64,000 nt of DNA from Fibrobacterales bacterium (GTDB taxonomy: Bacteria > Fibrobacterota > Fibrobacteria > Fibrobacterales > JAOPTW01), in NCBI GenBank assembly GCA_051532055.1, contig JAOPTX010000023.1, forward strand, positions 1-64,000, given 5' to 3'. Each line of letters starts with the position of its first letter. The first letter of the stretch is position 1. Below the pieces are notes generated by a model, which was not told the DNA's origin, searched no databases, and worked only from the letters and a program-made list of their open reading frames with translations. Shown in pieces: positions 19,619 through 30,220 of this stretch. The translations under genes and the position numbers were made by a program.

Positions 19619-21313
19619 TTAAATTCCGGTAGCCATTTTAAATATGTCGAAAAAACTAAAAGATATTGAAGGAAGTGACCAGACAAGACCTGTTTCTATT
19701 GCAAATCCAGTTGGGTTATATTCAGGAGCCACACCATTAAATGTGTAATCTGTAGCAGTTCCTCCCCCAATATCATATCGTGCCATACCTGAGAGAGCCA
19801 GACTAGGAAAAAGCGCTAACTCTATACCCCCTGCACCAAACGCTGACACACCATGGGCAGAGTAGGTCTCCTCTGCAGTCGTAATATATATGCCCCCCAC
19901 TGAAACTCCCCCTTGAAATTTAAGAGCAAATCGATTTACTGACCACTTTTTTATAAGTGAGACATCATAATTTGCTATGGTAACTAAGGGTGACTCTTCA
20001 TCTATTTCTTCTGTGTATCTATCAAGTGTATCACTCTGTGAAAATGCATATCCAGCTCCAAGACTTAAAAATAAGCGATTCATCCCCATTCCCCGTCCGA
20101 TATTGTAGTGGCCTTCTACAAAAATCCCTGCAGACGCCTCTACAAGAGGAGAATTATTTTGTTCAACCTCTAGTTTACCCGCATATTGTCGCCAACCGAA
20201 AAAGAGGTCTAGGGGCATACGAGGATACTCTCTTATGACATCTCCTTGAAGCGGACTCCCTGACACAATACTTGCCTGAGTGATATATCCATTTTTTGAT
20301 TTACCTGAAGCAGTATCGGCAACATCTGTAATTACAACCCATCCAATCTCATCATCAATAATTTCTCCATTACTCTCTTCACGCTGCTGGATTAAAAGAT
20401 ATTTATCATCGAGGGTAACTCCTTCCTCTTCGCCTATATCAATACCTACAGAAAAGAATGATTTCTCCATTACCTGACCACTCAAACTAAATGCAGAAAT
20501 TTGTTTCATAGCGACTTGTAAACTTTGGACTGCAACACTAATCATTGATTCATGTGCCTCAGTAGTGTAGCCGCCTCTCGATTTTCGTATTCCTAATCCC
20601 TTCTTATTAGCCATTCCTATTGCCTTTTGCATCATAGACTTAAAGAGCTTTACGGAGACTGTACCATCATTAACTTCTACTTTATACCATACCACACCAA
20701 CATTTACTTTTGAAGAGTATCTTCCTTTACTCTCAACAACAGTATAATTACTAATCACTGGGAGATAAATATAGGCTGAGTTCATGACCTGATTAATCTC
20801 TTGTATGGTATATCCCATCTCTTTTGCTTTATCACTCATAAAAGAGTTACGCTGTTGTTCAGTAGTGAGCCCTGCAGCACGCATTTCTTTTTCTGCATTG
20901 AGTACTGCTACTATTTCAGGAGCCAGAGATCGTTCAAGGAGTACTCCGATTTCTTCAAAGGAACGACTGTCTCGCGATTGTAACTCATTTGATAAACGGC
21001 TCATAACAGACTGTGAGACTTTATTATAATCAAATCGATTAATGCTAACCGACTTATGAAGGCTTTTTAAGAGCCTATTGGCATACTTACTTTTCATTCG
21101 ACCCAATGAGCCATCAATCGACCAAAACTGGTCAATAAAGGTTATAGACTTCCGGGTGTAACTCCCCGCTTCTGCATAATCTTGAGTGGTTTCACTTGTT
21201 ATATCAGAGTTTACTGGCACAGAAACTTCGGAATACAAATGTCCAGGAAGTATCAAGAGGGTAAAGGTGAAAACAAAAAATATCCGTAGCATTGGGAGTT
21301 TATTTAATATCAT
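19619..21313 (-). CDS. Outer-membrane protein with FlgT/CsgG-C-like segment and C-terminal beta-barrel
   Basis: Signal peptide; IDIGEEEGV..DD.Y...IGWVVITDV motif; alternating beta-strand C-terminal third. Confidence 0.6.
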   Translation of the reverse strand: MILNKLPMLRIFFVFTFTLLILPGHLYSEVSVPVNSDITSETTQDYAEAGSYTRKSITFIDQFWSIDGSLGRMKSKYANRLLKSLHKSVSINRFDYNKVSQSVMSRLSNELQSRDSRSFEEIGVLLERSLAPEIVAVLNAEKEMRAAGLTTEQQRNSFMSDKAKEMGYTIQEINQVMNSAYIYLPVISNYTVVESKGRYSSKVNVGVVWYKVEVNDGTVSVKLFKSMMQKAIGMANKKGLGIRKSRGGYTTEAHESMISVAVQSLQVAMKQISAFSLSGQVMEKSFFSVGIDIGEEEGVTLDDKYLLIQQREESNGEIIDDEIGWVVITDVADTASGKSKNGYITQASIVSGSPLQGDVIREYPRMPLDLFFGWRQYAGKLEVEQNNSPLVEASAGIFVEGHYNIGRGMGMNRLFLSLGAGYAFSQSDTLDRYTEEIDEESPLVTIANYDVSLIKKWSVNRFALKFQGGVSVGGIYITTAEETYSAHGVSAFGAGGIELALFPSLALSGMARYDIGGGTATDYTFNGVAPEYNPTGFAIETGLVWSLPSISFSFFDIFKMATGI

Positions 21314-21421
21314 AAGGGTTTTCTCATTCTGGCAAATTGTAAGATCCTAAAATAGGATAGTTATATAATGTAAGTAAAAATATAATTTAACCCATTGATA
21401 TCACAGTACCCCTCTATAAAA

Positions 21422-21437
21422 CGTGACTGGTATCACA
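21422..21437. promoter_or_regulatory. CRP-like site CGTGA-CTGGTA-TCACA
   Basis: 9/10 match in the divergent promoter region. Confidence 0.5.
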
Positions 21438-21527
21438 ATTATCACAGTAAGCAAATAGTGATCTATTGCCACACTTTCTGATTTTTTGTATTATCCTTAT
21501 CAATACAATCAAATAAATGAGATCATT

Positions 21528-22094
21528 ATGAAAGTACTTAAAATAACTACCGCTCTTCTTATGCTGTTCATGCTCATAGCATGTGGTGGTTCTAAACCTG
21601 ATGCTGAGCCTGCGCCAACTGATCCCTACAGTAAGCTATTACTTGAAAAGAAAAAATTATCTGCAGAAGGTATTCTCTCTGAAGTCGCAACAGCAGAATC
21701 ACGAGACCTTGAAACGGCATACAACAAAGTCGAGCTTGCAGCTCGAGCAAAAATCGGACGAACTCTCGAGTCAAAAACATCATCGATGCAGAAAGAATTT
21801 AAAGAAGAGATTGGCGAAGAATTTATCGATGCATTTACTCAAGTAACAAAAAACATATCATCACGTGTTCTCAATGGCTCAACTCTTATTAGAACTATTA
21901 AAGATGAAAAAGAAGGGAAATATGTCATTACCGGACTTATGGTTCTCGATCCATCTATTGTAAAGACTGCACTTGAAGCAGAGCTCCAAGCAAACGAAAC
22001 TATGAAAACGCGTTTCATGGCATCAAAAGGATATGCTGAACTTTCTAAAGAAGTTGAGGCTTTTGAAGCGTACAAAAAAGATATGACTCCATAA
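21528..22094 (+). CDS. LPP20-family lipoprotein
   Basis: Lipobox LIAC; A.S.D...A..K..L.ARA.I pattern; start set at ATG 21528. Confidence 0.75.
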   Translation: MKVLKITTALLMLFMLIACGGSKPDAEPAPTDPYSKLLLEKKKLSAEGILSEVATAESRDLETAYNKVELAARAKIGRTLESKTSSMQKEFKEEIGEEFIDAFTQVTKNISSRVLNGSTLIRTIKDEKEGKYVITGLMVLDPSIVKTALEAELQANETMKTRFMASKGYAELSKEVEAFEAYKKDMTP

Positions 22095-22138
22095 AGAAGT
22101 CAGAAGAATTGTTTAGGAAGTCTGAGGTGTTTACCACT

Positions 22139-23848
22139 TCAGACTTTTTTTTGTCTCGAAATCACCAATGACCGCATTCGGTTTATTGTCAGTCCAATGT
22201 CCAAAGCGCGAATCTCTGCCAAATCACCACTTTTTGCAGATGTAATATAGTCAAGTGAATGGTCCTTAACTACAGTCACTACTTTATCACAAAATTCCCG
22301 TAATGTGAGTCCATCATCTTTAAATGCGTTACTCCCCCAATGAATTGCACCAGCAATTGTTCTCAATTGCTCTGAACAGACAAAATGGTCTATAGCTCGA
22401 AGATCGATCTCCTCTCTGCCAATAACGGCAAGCTCACACCCTTTCACCCGTATCTTAGCGGAAAAACGCCCTTTATCCTGTTCAGTTACATACTCATTTA
22501 GTTTTGCTAAATGAGGAACCCGGTGACTCACCCTTAGGTTAACATTTTCTTGTGGGAGCAAAGCAGGATTTTTTTGAGCGATTTCCATTGCGCGTGCTGT
22601 TACATCTTTTGGCACATAAGTATCCATGGCAATCACCGTATCAGCGCAATCAATAAAATCTCCCGACGCTCCTGCTACAACAACAAGTGAGACCCCAGAT
22701 TTTTTTAAACTCGCCATTCTATGGAGCAATGGCGTTATAGGCTCCCTATGGCCAGGAATTAATTCTTGCATTTTTACATCTCTTACAAGAAAATTAACTG
22801 CGGAAATATCTTCATCCACCAGAAGCGTCTGGGAGCCAAGCTCCAAAGCATCAATGACATTTGCTGCTTGACTTGTAGAACCTGATGCATTTGTTGTTGA
22901 AAATTCTTCGGTAGAGTTATTCCCAGGAAGATTATTAATAAAATAACTGATATCAGTATCAGCGATACTTCTCCCCTCTTCTGCCCTAATTTTAACCGAA
23001 TCATCTACAGCTACAATTTTTTCTCGACCATCGCCAACTATATGATTATAAATTCCTGAATCGAGTGCTTTGAGAAGTGTTGATTTACCATGGTAACCAC
23101 CCCCAACAATTAGCGTAATACCTGTTGCTATTCCCATTCCAGAAATAGTTGTATCTCCCCATTGCATGGTCACCGAGAGGGATTCTGGGCTAATAAAACG
23201 AACTGCAGTCTTAAGGGGAGTATCCACATTACCTGCTGCGCGGGGCAAAACAGCGCCGTCAGCTATAAATGCGATAAGATTTCTTTCTTTAAGTTGCGCT
23301 CTTAATTGGCATTGTTTAACATACAGGTCGATATGAGCTGCTAAAGCGTCAAGGTCGCAATTTTGAGAAAGGAGTACACTTGTTGCTATACTCGGAATAA
23401 AATCAGAAAGGATAGAAACGGCATTCTCCACATCAATCTCTCGCCCTTGAGCAGGAAGCCCGACATTAATACGCACTTCTAAAAACTCATCTGTTATCTG
23501 TACCACTGACCGTTCAAGAACTTGCTGACAAGGTCTTGGCACTGCAATAACGCCACTTTTACCTGAACCACATGACTCCGAATAAAAGTCTGCCTGACTA
23601 TGAAGGAGTCTATGAAGAAAATCACAAAAGGCAATACTCTTTTCTCGGTTCTCATAAAGAGTGGCATCATAGCCACTCTCAGAGAGAGGGATTCTCAAAC
23701 TCACTTTAGATGGTTGGGCAAATGGATCACCTTGAATATGATAGATCTGCATACCAATATTTCCAATATGGTATCTCCCTTTGAGGGCCTTATATGCACC
23801 AAAAGATTTTTTCTTTAATTTTTGAAGATCTATAAAAAGTTTTTTCAT
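22139..23848 (-). CDS. ABC-class P-loop ATPase domain protein (ABC_ATPase family)
   Basis: HIQGDPFAQPS, GGGYHGKSTLL, ASGSTSQAA, LLVDED, EPITP. Confidence 0.9.
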   Translation of the reverse strand: MKKLFIDLQKLKKKSFGAYKALKGRYHIGNIGMQIYHIQGDPFAQPSKVSLRIPLSESGYDATLYENREKSIAFCDFLHRLLHSQADFYSESCGSGKSGVIAVPRPCQQVLERSVVQITDEFLEVRINVGLPAQGREIDVENAVSILSDFIPSIATSVLLSQNCDLDALAAHIDLYVKQCQLRAQLKERNLIAFIADGAVLPRAAGNVDTPLKTAVRFISPESLSVTMQWGDTTISGMGIATGITLIVGGGYHGKSTLLKALDSGIYNHIVGDGREKIVAVDDSVKIRAEEGRSIADTDISYFINNLPGNNSTEEFSTTNASGSTSQAANVIDALELGSQTLLVDEDISAVNFLVRDVKMQELIPGHREPITPLLHRMASLKKSGVSLVVVAGASGDFIDCADTVIAMDTYVPKDVTARAMEIAQKNPALLPQENVNLRVSHRVPHLAKLNEYVTEQDKGRFSAKIRVKGCELAVIGREEIDLRAIDHFVCSEQLRTIAGAIHWGSNAFKDDGLTLREFCDKVVTVVKDHSLDYITSAKSGDLAEIRALDIGLTINRMRSLVISRQKKV

Positions 23849-24570
23849 TAAAACCCTACCATTACCAACACCCCAGGACGCTCATCAAGTATAAGAGGTA
23901 CTGCTTGCAGATTGTTTGAACTATTTGATTTATATAACTGAACGACACTGATTGCAGAGATAACTCTATTGAGAATAAGTGCGCCAATCGATGCCTTTAA
24001 GACTATTTCCGCACGACGATATTTAGAAAGGATCTCCCCATAACGATTCCAACGCCTGCTATTTTCAGGGTTATCACTCGTCCCCCAATCCCAAAGATAC
24101 GGACGAGCATTAGGATATTCACTATCAACAGATAGTCTATTCCTTTCTAAATAAAGATTGTAGTTATCAAACTTACCAACTGCTGTTGGCTGACCATCGA
24201 TGCCATTTCTTGAACGAAATTTTTCCATACGTTCCATATACTCAATATTTTTAGGAGCACTTGTAGCACCGGCCCAACGAATAGCATAGCTATGTGCTGT
24301 CGTTTTATATTGTTCTCGCATCACATACGCAGTACCAGTTACAAGCCACGACACTACTTCACTGGTTAAAAATATTTTTTGCCGAAATGTATTTCCTAAA
24401 TAGGCATCCCCTGAACCAGGGAGAAGTAATGAGAGCCCAATTGCAACACCCATATTTTTTCTTGAATCAGATCCGTATTCACTTTCTGGGTCAATATCTG
24501 GAACTCGAATAATAGTTTGTGCAGCAAGTGGAATACTCATACAAAGAATTGCAATGAAAAGGCTTTTCAT
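23848..24570 (-). CDS. DUF5683-like membrane/exported protein
   Basis: A..LSLLLPGSG..Y.G and NRVISAI motifs. Confidence 0.6.
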   Translation of the reverse strand: MKSLFIAILCMSIPLAAQTIIRVPDIDPESEYGSDSRKNMGVAIGLSLLLPGSGDAYLGNTFRQKIFLTSEVVSWLVTGTAYVMREQYKTTAHSYAIRWAGATSAPKNIEYMERMEKFRSRNGIDGQPTAVGKFDNYNLYLERNRLSVDSEYPNARPYLWDWGTSDNPENSRRWNRYGEILSKYRRAEIVLKASIGALILNRVISAISVVQLYKSNSSNNLQAVPLILDERPGVLVMVGF

Positions 24571-25520
24571 TAAAACCTCAAAGCAATCGTAAGATCTGAA
24601 GTAATATCTAGACCAGAAAGATACGTATCACTCTCGAAATGAATATTTCGATACCAAACCATTTTGCCATCATAGAGAGCTGCATTATTTGCCTCAGCTG
24701 CAAAAAGCGCATCCACCGCAGAAACGAGGTGATTTAAAAGTACCCCTACAAAAAAATATCCTCTAAGGGATTCATACTCTCGTGCTTTTTCACGTAAACT
24801 AATATATTGAGTATAGTGGTCAGAACTGCCTAATGGAGAACCATCATATACTGCAGGCACTTCAACAACATCATCCCATCCTAAAATAAGAGCAGAGGAT
24901 TCAATAGTTCCATACCATCTACTTTTATCAATTGGTTGATTGTTTTTTAATACAATATTATGCCGTGATTTATCCTTAGGATCTTTAGAAACCTTATGGG
25001 CATTTGTCGTACATTTATTTGTTAACTCCTCTTCAGGGCCATAAATTGCTGCGCAAAATTGAGTTCTTGCACTGCCTAGATAGTTGGATGCAAAAAGGTT
25101 TATTTGGCTCTGTGGCAAAGATGGATTAGAGCGTAACGTCGTTAATGAATCGTAGATAAAGTTGTTAAAATACCTATCGGCAAAGCTGTTAGCCTGACCT
25201 AATTTATCATCATACTTTTTTATAGAATAATAATACCAACCCCCAATAAGCGCCGCCTCTGAGAGAGTAAAAAGGCCTGCTTTAATGTAATTCATTTTTT
25301 GTCCACCAACATAGACTTGTCCACTCCCTGGAAAAGCGAGTGAAAGAAAAAATGCTTTTTTAGCAGAACGATATGTACGGGTAGGGTTTGTATGGGGTTT
25401 GACACCAACTTTTTTTACAGGGCCCAGGATATCTCTGCGAGATCGAGATGCAGTTGGCTCTTGCCCGCAAATACTCAGGCTTAACCCTAATATCAGTATG
25501 ATTGATAAAATCCAGTTCAT
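24570..25520 (-). CDS. DUF5683-like membrane/exported protein
   Basis: SAKKAFFLSLAFPGSGQVY and NHLVSAVDA motifs; C-terminal Phe. Confidence 0.65.
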   Translation of the reverse strand: MNWILSIILILGLSLSICGQEPTASRSRRDILGPVKKVGVKPHTNPTRTYRSAKKAFFLSLAFPGSGQVYVGGQKMNYIKAGLFTLSEAALIGGWYYYSIKKYDDKLGQANSFADRYFNNFIYDSLTTLRSNPSLPQSQINLFASNYLGSARTQFCAAIYGPEEELTNKCTTNAHKVSKDPKDKSRHNIVLKNNQPIDKSRWYGTIESSALILGWDDVVEVPAVYDGSPLGSSDHYTQYISLREKAREYESLRGYFFVGVLLNHLVSAVDALFAAEANNAALYDGKMVWYRNIHFESDTYLSGLDITSDLTIALRF

Positions 25521-25586
25521 TCCCTAATAATACCTAATATTTTGGTGCATTGGCGACTTAACACTGGTGAATTTAGAAGGAGATAC

Positions 25587-25616
25587 AAAAAAAGACTGCC
25601 CGAAGACAGTCTTTTT
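25587..25616 (-). terminator. Terminator after rplI
   Basis: AAAAAGACTG..CAGTCTTTTT. Confidence 0.85.
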
Positions 25617-25635
25617 AAAGTAATCAAAAAGAGTA

Positions 25636-26085
25636 CTACTCTTCTTCTTTAACAACCCAAACTTTCACAGAACCTTCAACTTCAGCATGAAGTTTAACAG
25701 ATACAGTGTAAACACCAAGTTGTTTAATTGGAGCTTCAAGATTAACTTGACGCTTCTCAACTTTAAATCCTTGTTTTTTGAGGCTTTCAGCAATTTGATG
25801 GCCATTTACAGATCCATACATTTGCTCACTTTCACCAACAGCAACAGGAATAGTAACAGACGCTTCTTCAAGTTTCTTAAGAAGGAGTGACGCTGACTCT
25901 TTCTCTTTAAGAAAACGAGCTTCAAGCTCTGCTCTGTTTTTCTCGACCATATCTTTTGCAGATCTGGTTGCAAGAATTGCAAGTTTTTGTGGGAAAAGAA
26001 AGTTACGTGCATAACCGTCTTTAACCGTTACAACATCAAGTGCTTTGCCAAGGCTCGCTACATCAGCTTTTAAAATAATTTCCAT
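25636..26085 (-). CDS. rplI: 50S ribosomal protein L9
   Basis: LG...DVV.VKDGYARNFLFP, YGSV, PIKQLG. Confidence 0.99.
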   Translation of the reverse strand: MEIILKADVASLGKALDVVTVKDGYARNFLFPQKLAILATRSAKDMVEKNRAELEARFLKEKESASLLLKKLEEASVTIPVAVGESEQMYGSVNGHQIAESLKKQGFKVEKRQVNLEAPIKQLGVYTVSVKLHAEVEGSVKVWVVKEEE

Positions 26086-26096
26086 CTGAGTGCTCC

Positions 26097-26327
26097 TTAT
26101 TTCATGTTATCTGCAACGAATGGCAAGAGACCCATATGGCGAGCTCTTTTGATTGCGATTGCAAGTATACGTTGATGTTTAGCCGAAGTTCCAGAAATTC
26201 TTCTAGGAACAATTTTACCACGCTCACTAATGAAGCGACGGAGTGTTTTTTCGTCTTTATAATCGATGAAGTCGATATTGTTTTCAGTAAAAAAACATGA
26301 CTTTCTTTTTCTTGATCTTCCACCCAT
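26097..26327 (-). CDS. rpsR: 30S ribosomal protein S18
   Basis: [28 protein letters not shown]. Confidence 0.99.
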   Translation of the reverse strand: MGGRSRKRKSCFFTENNIDFIDYKDEKTLRRFISERGKIVPRRISGTSAKHQRILAIAIKRARHMGLLPFVADNMK

Positions 26328-26329
26328 GA

Positions 26330-26719
26330 TTATGCCCCCTCTGTTGCTTCAACAACTGGTTTTGCGGTCTCTTCAGCAGCTGGTTTTGCAGCTTCTTCAG
26401 CAACTTCAGTAGTCTCTTCAGGTACTTCAACTGGTAAAGGCTGATCTTTCAATGAAATCCAACGAATAATGTTATCGTTGATACGGAAGTTCGCTTCAAG
26501 TTTTTCTATTACAGAGCTTTCAGCATTGTAGTAGAAAACAGCATAAAAGCCGTGACTTTTTCTATCGATTTCATAGGCCATTTTTCTTTTGCCCCACTTG
26601 TCGACTTTGATGATTTCGCCATCAGCGGTGATAGTAGATTCGATTGCCTGTAACTCGTCTTGAATTACCTGGTCAGTCACCATGGAATCTATGATGACCA
26701 TAGTTTCGTATTGTTTCAT
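26330..26719 (-). CDS. rpsF: 30S ribosomal protein S6
   Basis: [19 protein letters not shown], acidic tail. Confidence 0.98.
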   Translation of the reverse strand: MKQYETMVIIDSMVTDQVIQDELQAIESTITADGEIIKVDKWGKRKMAYEIDRKSHGFYAVFYYNAESSVIEKLEANFRINDNIIRWISLKDQPLPVEVPEETTEVAEEAAKPAAEETAKPVVEATEGA

Positions 26720-26841
26720 ACGTTCCCTTTGGGCTGTGCTCATCTATATTTCTATAAATAAGAGGGTTAATGTGGGGAACAAATATAATAAAAATGTGAG
26801 TTAATGCAACTGAGGTACATTGAATAGCAAAGCCACATAAC

Positions 26842-27678
26842 TCAAAATGCTAAAGATGAGCCAAAATAATAAGTAAAGTTCAGCGTTGCACCATCATAAT
26901 CAACAAATGAGTCAGAATAGAGATAGAGGGCATTCAACACATCGATAGCTCCAGGAAATACCGCAAGGAGATCAATGGAAGCACCGAACGACCCTTCAAC
27001 TTTCCATATTGGGCTATTTTCACCCCTACTAATCAGCTCATATCCATATTTAAAGAGATTGATTTCGGCAGTAAGAGAACTATTATACCCCCAATAATTT
27101 CTCGTTCGCTCGCCATAACCAACCTCAAGCCCCACCATAAAGCCTTTCTCATCAAGAAACTCTCTTTGAATATTATTTCCATCAGGATCTAAAAGGGGGC
27201 CTTCATCATCCTGAGCTACAATTTGTAGGGACTGGTCCTTTACAATATCAATTTCACCAAAAGGCGACAAATAAAGAAGGCTTTTCTTATTATCCGACAC
27301 TGAAAAGTATTTCGCATTGAGGTTATATGTTTCAGAGCTAAAAATTCTCTTCTCTTTACTTTCGGTATAATTACCACTCAGGCTATCATACTGAAATTTA
27401 TTCTGATGGTAAATCCCGCCACGCATTTGAACTTCAGCTCCGCCAATAAAATTAGCCGCATAGGCATATCCACCTGATTCATTGACATAGAGCAGTGATC
27501 CATCACCCCACTGCATATTTTGGCCAACCCCCATAGAGACATAGAGCCCACGTTCAACCCAAACAACCCCATGATGGAGCAATATACTTGGTTTTTGACG
27601 AAGTGATTGTCCAAATCCAAAAGATAAGGAAAGCAGAAGTATTACAGCTAATTTGATCAAGGTGTTTAATTTTACCAA
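26842..27678 (-). CDS. Hypothetical outer-membrane beta-barrel-like protein
   Basis: Signal peptide, aromatic/Gly-rich strands and C-terminal Phe. Confidence 0.6.
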   Translation of the reverse strand: MVKLNTLIKLAVILLLSLSFGFGQSLRQKPSILLHHGVVWVERGLYVSMGVGQNMQWGDGSLLYVNESGGYAYAANFIGGAEVQMRGGIYHQNKFQYDSLSGNYTESKEKRIFSSETYNLNAKYFSVSDNKKSLLYLSPFGEIDIVKDQSLQIVAQDDEGPLLDPDGNNIQREFLDEKGFMVGLEVGYGERTRNYWGYNSSLTAEINLFKYGYELISRGENSPIWKVEGSFGASIDLLAVFPGAIDVLNALYLYSDSFVDYDGATLNFTYYFGSSLAF

Positions 27679-27726
27679 TCTTTATTTGACTATTATTAAA
27701 ATATACTTATCTTTTGACCGCAAGTT

Positions 27727-27810
27727 GCTCGAGTGGCGGAATTGGTAGACGCTGAGGACTTAAAATCCTTTGATCGCAAGATCGTGAGAGTTCAATTCTC
27801 TCCTTGAGCA
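27727..27810 (+). tRNA. tRNA-Leu (anticodon TAA)
   Basis: GCTCGAG/CTTGAGC acceptor stem, GGAATTGGTAGAC D-arm, GAGGA-CTTAAAA-TCCTT anticodon arm, long variable arm and GTTCAA T-loop; CCA not encoded. Confidence 0.97.
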
Positions 27811-27876
27811 CTTCTTTTTATCTTTAAGTCACTAATCATAGTCGACTTTTACCTATCACACCAAATTGACTATCAA

Positions 27877-29043
27877 CTATAACGGGTTTTCTACCGCTAT
27901 CTCTAGTTGCTTTAAATAATCTTTAAAACATTTATTGAGTACACTCAAAGCAATGCGCTTATTGGCCTGCTCCAAGGGCAGATATTTCAAAATTTTCATA
28001 TTATTATTATCACTCACCGGTACACTATAGCGCTTGGTAAATGGGATAGAAACAATTTCATACCCTGACTCTGCATTGAAAAGCCTATTATCTATAAAGA
28101 GTGACACCCTAAACTCCTTACCTACAACTGTCACTTTAAAAGACTCAACTACTGTTGTGAAGAGCATGGTTGCCCCTTTGTATTGAGAAGACAATGTAGC
28201 GGGATCAAACTGCTCGCGATCACTTACTAAAAGCTCTGCCGTCCGCCCCTTAAAAAATGACTTCTGCAAATCAACAAAAAGAGCAGCCACATCCCACCGG
28301 CTGGGCACCATCACCGAATCCCCTTTAAGAACCACTTTACTTAACACTAACTTTTCTTTGCTCAGGTCTATACCTTTATCAAAAACCACCTCGTCTTGCA
28401 TCGCTATTAATTCAGGCACAAAGTATTCAGGAATTGGTTCAATTACCCCGGTACCCTTCAAAGGGTTGTACACAATTTTATGACCTTTTAACGTAAGGGA
28501 CTCTTTAAAATGCTTTCCCTTAACCCACACACTCTCTTTCTTGACGACCACTTCAACTTGAGCACTATCTGATACCACTGACAATAGTGATGAAAGAGTC
28601 TGCACCTCTAGCCCCTTTAATTTAACCCAATTATGGGCCTCGCCTTTGATACTCTTTTGAGAGAATGAAAACTCAAGTACTCCATAAACATTTGAAAAAA
28701 TCCGTTCCACAACTTCTGACTTTTCACTTATAGAATTGTTATACAACAAACCGGAAGCAGATTGCAATTCCACAGAGGAGCTATCTAAAAATTGAATAGT
28801 ACACCCTGAAGCTTTGAATGATCTCACTCGGTCATTATGTAAGACTTTATCCCCTGTAGTGATTAATTGCCATTCAACACTCCCCTCTCTCATCACCTCT
28901 ATTCTTCCATACGAAGCAAGTATTTCACCATATCCGCTCATCGTTGCCCAAACCGGTGATGAAAAAAGCATGGCAACAATTACAATTATGTAATATAATG
29001 ATGAGGAAACATATTGCTGGTATGATTTATGTTTGAAAGTCAC
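27877..29043 (-). CDS. FecR-like domain exported protein
   Basis: G.IEV.R.G..W.....GD.V...D.VRS...S...I.F.DSS.VEL pattern; start probably GTG 29043. Confidence 0.6.
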   Translation of the reverse strand: MTFKHKSYQQYVSSSLYYIIVIVAMLFSSPVWATMSGYGEILASYGRIEVMREGSVEWQLITTGDKVLHNDRVRSFKASGCTIQFLDSSSVELQSASGLLYNNSISEKSEVVERIFSNVYGVLEFSFSQKSIKGEAHNWVKLKGLEVQTLSSLLSVVSDSAQVEVVVKKESVWVKGKHFKESLTLKGHKIVYNPLKGTGVIEPIPEYFVPELIAMQDEVVFDKGIDLSKEKLVLSKVVLKGDSVMVPSRWDVAALFVDLQKSFFKGRTAELLVSDREQFDPATLSSQYKGATMLFTTVVESFKVTVVGKEFRVSLFIDNRLFNAESGYEIVSIPFTKRYSVPVSDNNNMKILKYLPLEQANKRIALSVLNKCFKDYLKQLEIAVENPL

Positions 29044-29162
29044 TATTTTTCTGCCTAAATAGCCAAAAGAGCATAGAGTTATATATAATATATTTCTTAT
29101 AGTGCTTTTAGAAAAAGTGAATTTTAGTATATTTTTATCAGAAGCAAACGGGATAACAATTG

Positions 29163-29582
29163 ATGACAGATAACTCCTCACAAGGTCTATGGTACGCTCA
29201 AGAATATCTTGAAGCGAAATATAACAATGGTGAATTCGAACAGATGATTGAACATTTGCTTGAGTGCCTTAACGACAATCAAGTACAGGTTCAACAACTT
29301 ATTATTGAAAAAAGTGCAAAGACTGATGATGCCAAGTTAGAAATAATTAAAGAATACCTCAGAAACCGTAAAAGCATCCACCTCCCTTCAGAGCTCGCAT
29401 CTCAAATTAAAGAGATCAGTAAAGAGATGTGGATTCGCGGAGAAAACGGTGAAAAAGACCGGCCAAAAGTACAAGATGAATGGGCACAACAACACGCCCC
29501 TTCTTGGAGACAAGCACGTACTATTGAGATGCAGTTTGTTGTAGACAAACAAAAAGAGGCCATTCTTAAAAGCTTCAAATAA
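29163..29582 (+). CDS. Hypothetical protein (C-terminal E...W..GE....W...H...WR motif, DUF4032-like)
   Basis: Clean ORF followed by a terminator; family resemblance is from memory. Confidence 0.65.
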   Translation: MTDNSSQGLWYAQEYLEAKYNNGEFEQMIEHLLECLNDNQVQVQQLIIEKSAKTDDAKLEIIKEYLRNRKSIHLPSELASQIKEISKEMWIRGENGEKDRPKVQDEWAQQHAPSWRQARTIEMQFVVDKQKEAILKSFK

Positions 29583-29622
29583 TTTACAGACAGATTGAAC
29601 GAGCAGGTATGCTGCTCTAATT

Positions 29623-29649
29623 AAAGGACTCTTCAAAAGAGTCCTTTTT
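29623..29649. terminator. Bidirectional terminator
   Basis: AAAGGACTCT-TCAAA-AGAGTCCTTT between convergent genes. Confidence 0.8.
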
Positions 29650-29677
29650 ATTTTGTGACATTCCTTTTTTGACATTC

Positions 29678-30220
29678 CTAATAGATAAAGAAAAGTATAC
29701 CGAGATTCATCTGGACACCAGATTGATTCAGTGTATTACTTTGCGGAGCCTGAGAATTAATCAGCGCCTTATCCCATGCATACTCTATCTCAGCAGTAAA
29801 ACCGAGAAAGGGACTCAGCATATGTTGAGCACCAATACCAATACTATGATTCAACACCCAGTCACTGTCACCCAAAGTGTTATCGACGAGTAATTTTTCA
29901 TTTGAAAGTTTATAATAGAGATAGGAACCTCCACCAATCATCACCAAATCTATACCAACCTGGCCAAAAATGCGTTTTCGTTCAGTTGCAAAAAGCGCTC
30001 CATTACCATCAGTTTGATCATATTTTTCTATAAGAGCACCAACTTTAACATGGCCAATTTCCGGATAATAACCTGAGAGAAAAGGTGCTATTGCATAATG
30101 AGGATTACCTTGACGGGTAAATACTTCGAACTGGCCACCCAATGTGAGAGGTAGTTTTGGGGCAGCAAAGAGAGTCCCAGCAAGGCACATGAGTAATATC
30201 AGTAATTGAGGTTGCATCAT
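29678..30220 (-). CDS. Small outer-membrane beta-barrel-like protein
   Basis: Signal peptide, amphipathic strands and a C-terminal aromatic residue. Confidence 0.6.
   Translation of the reverse strand: MMQPQLLILLMCLAGTLFAAPKLPLTLGGQFEVFTRQGNPHYAIAPFLSGYYPEIGHVKVGALIEKYDQTDGNGALFATERKRIFGQVGIDLVMIGGGSYLYYKLSNEKLLVDNTLGDSDWVLNHSIGIGAQHMLSPFLGFTAEIEYAWDKALINSQAPQSNTLNQSGVQMNLGILFFIY

Noticed and set aside
21457..21473. Second CRP-like site AGTGA..CCACA
   Set aside because: 7-bp spacer and mismatches in both halves
29044..29181. N-terminal extension of the FecR-like ORF
   Set aside because: Runs through an AT-rich divergent promoter region and overlaps the opposite gene
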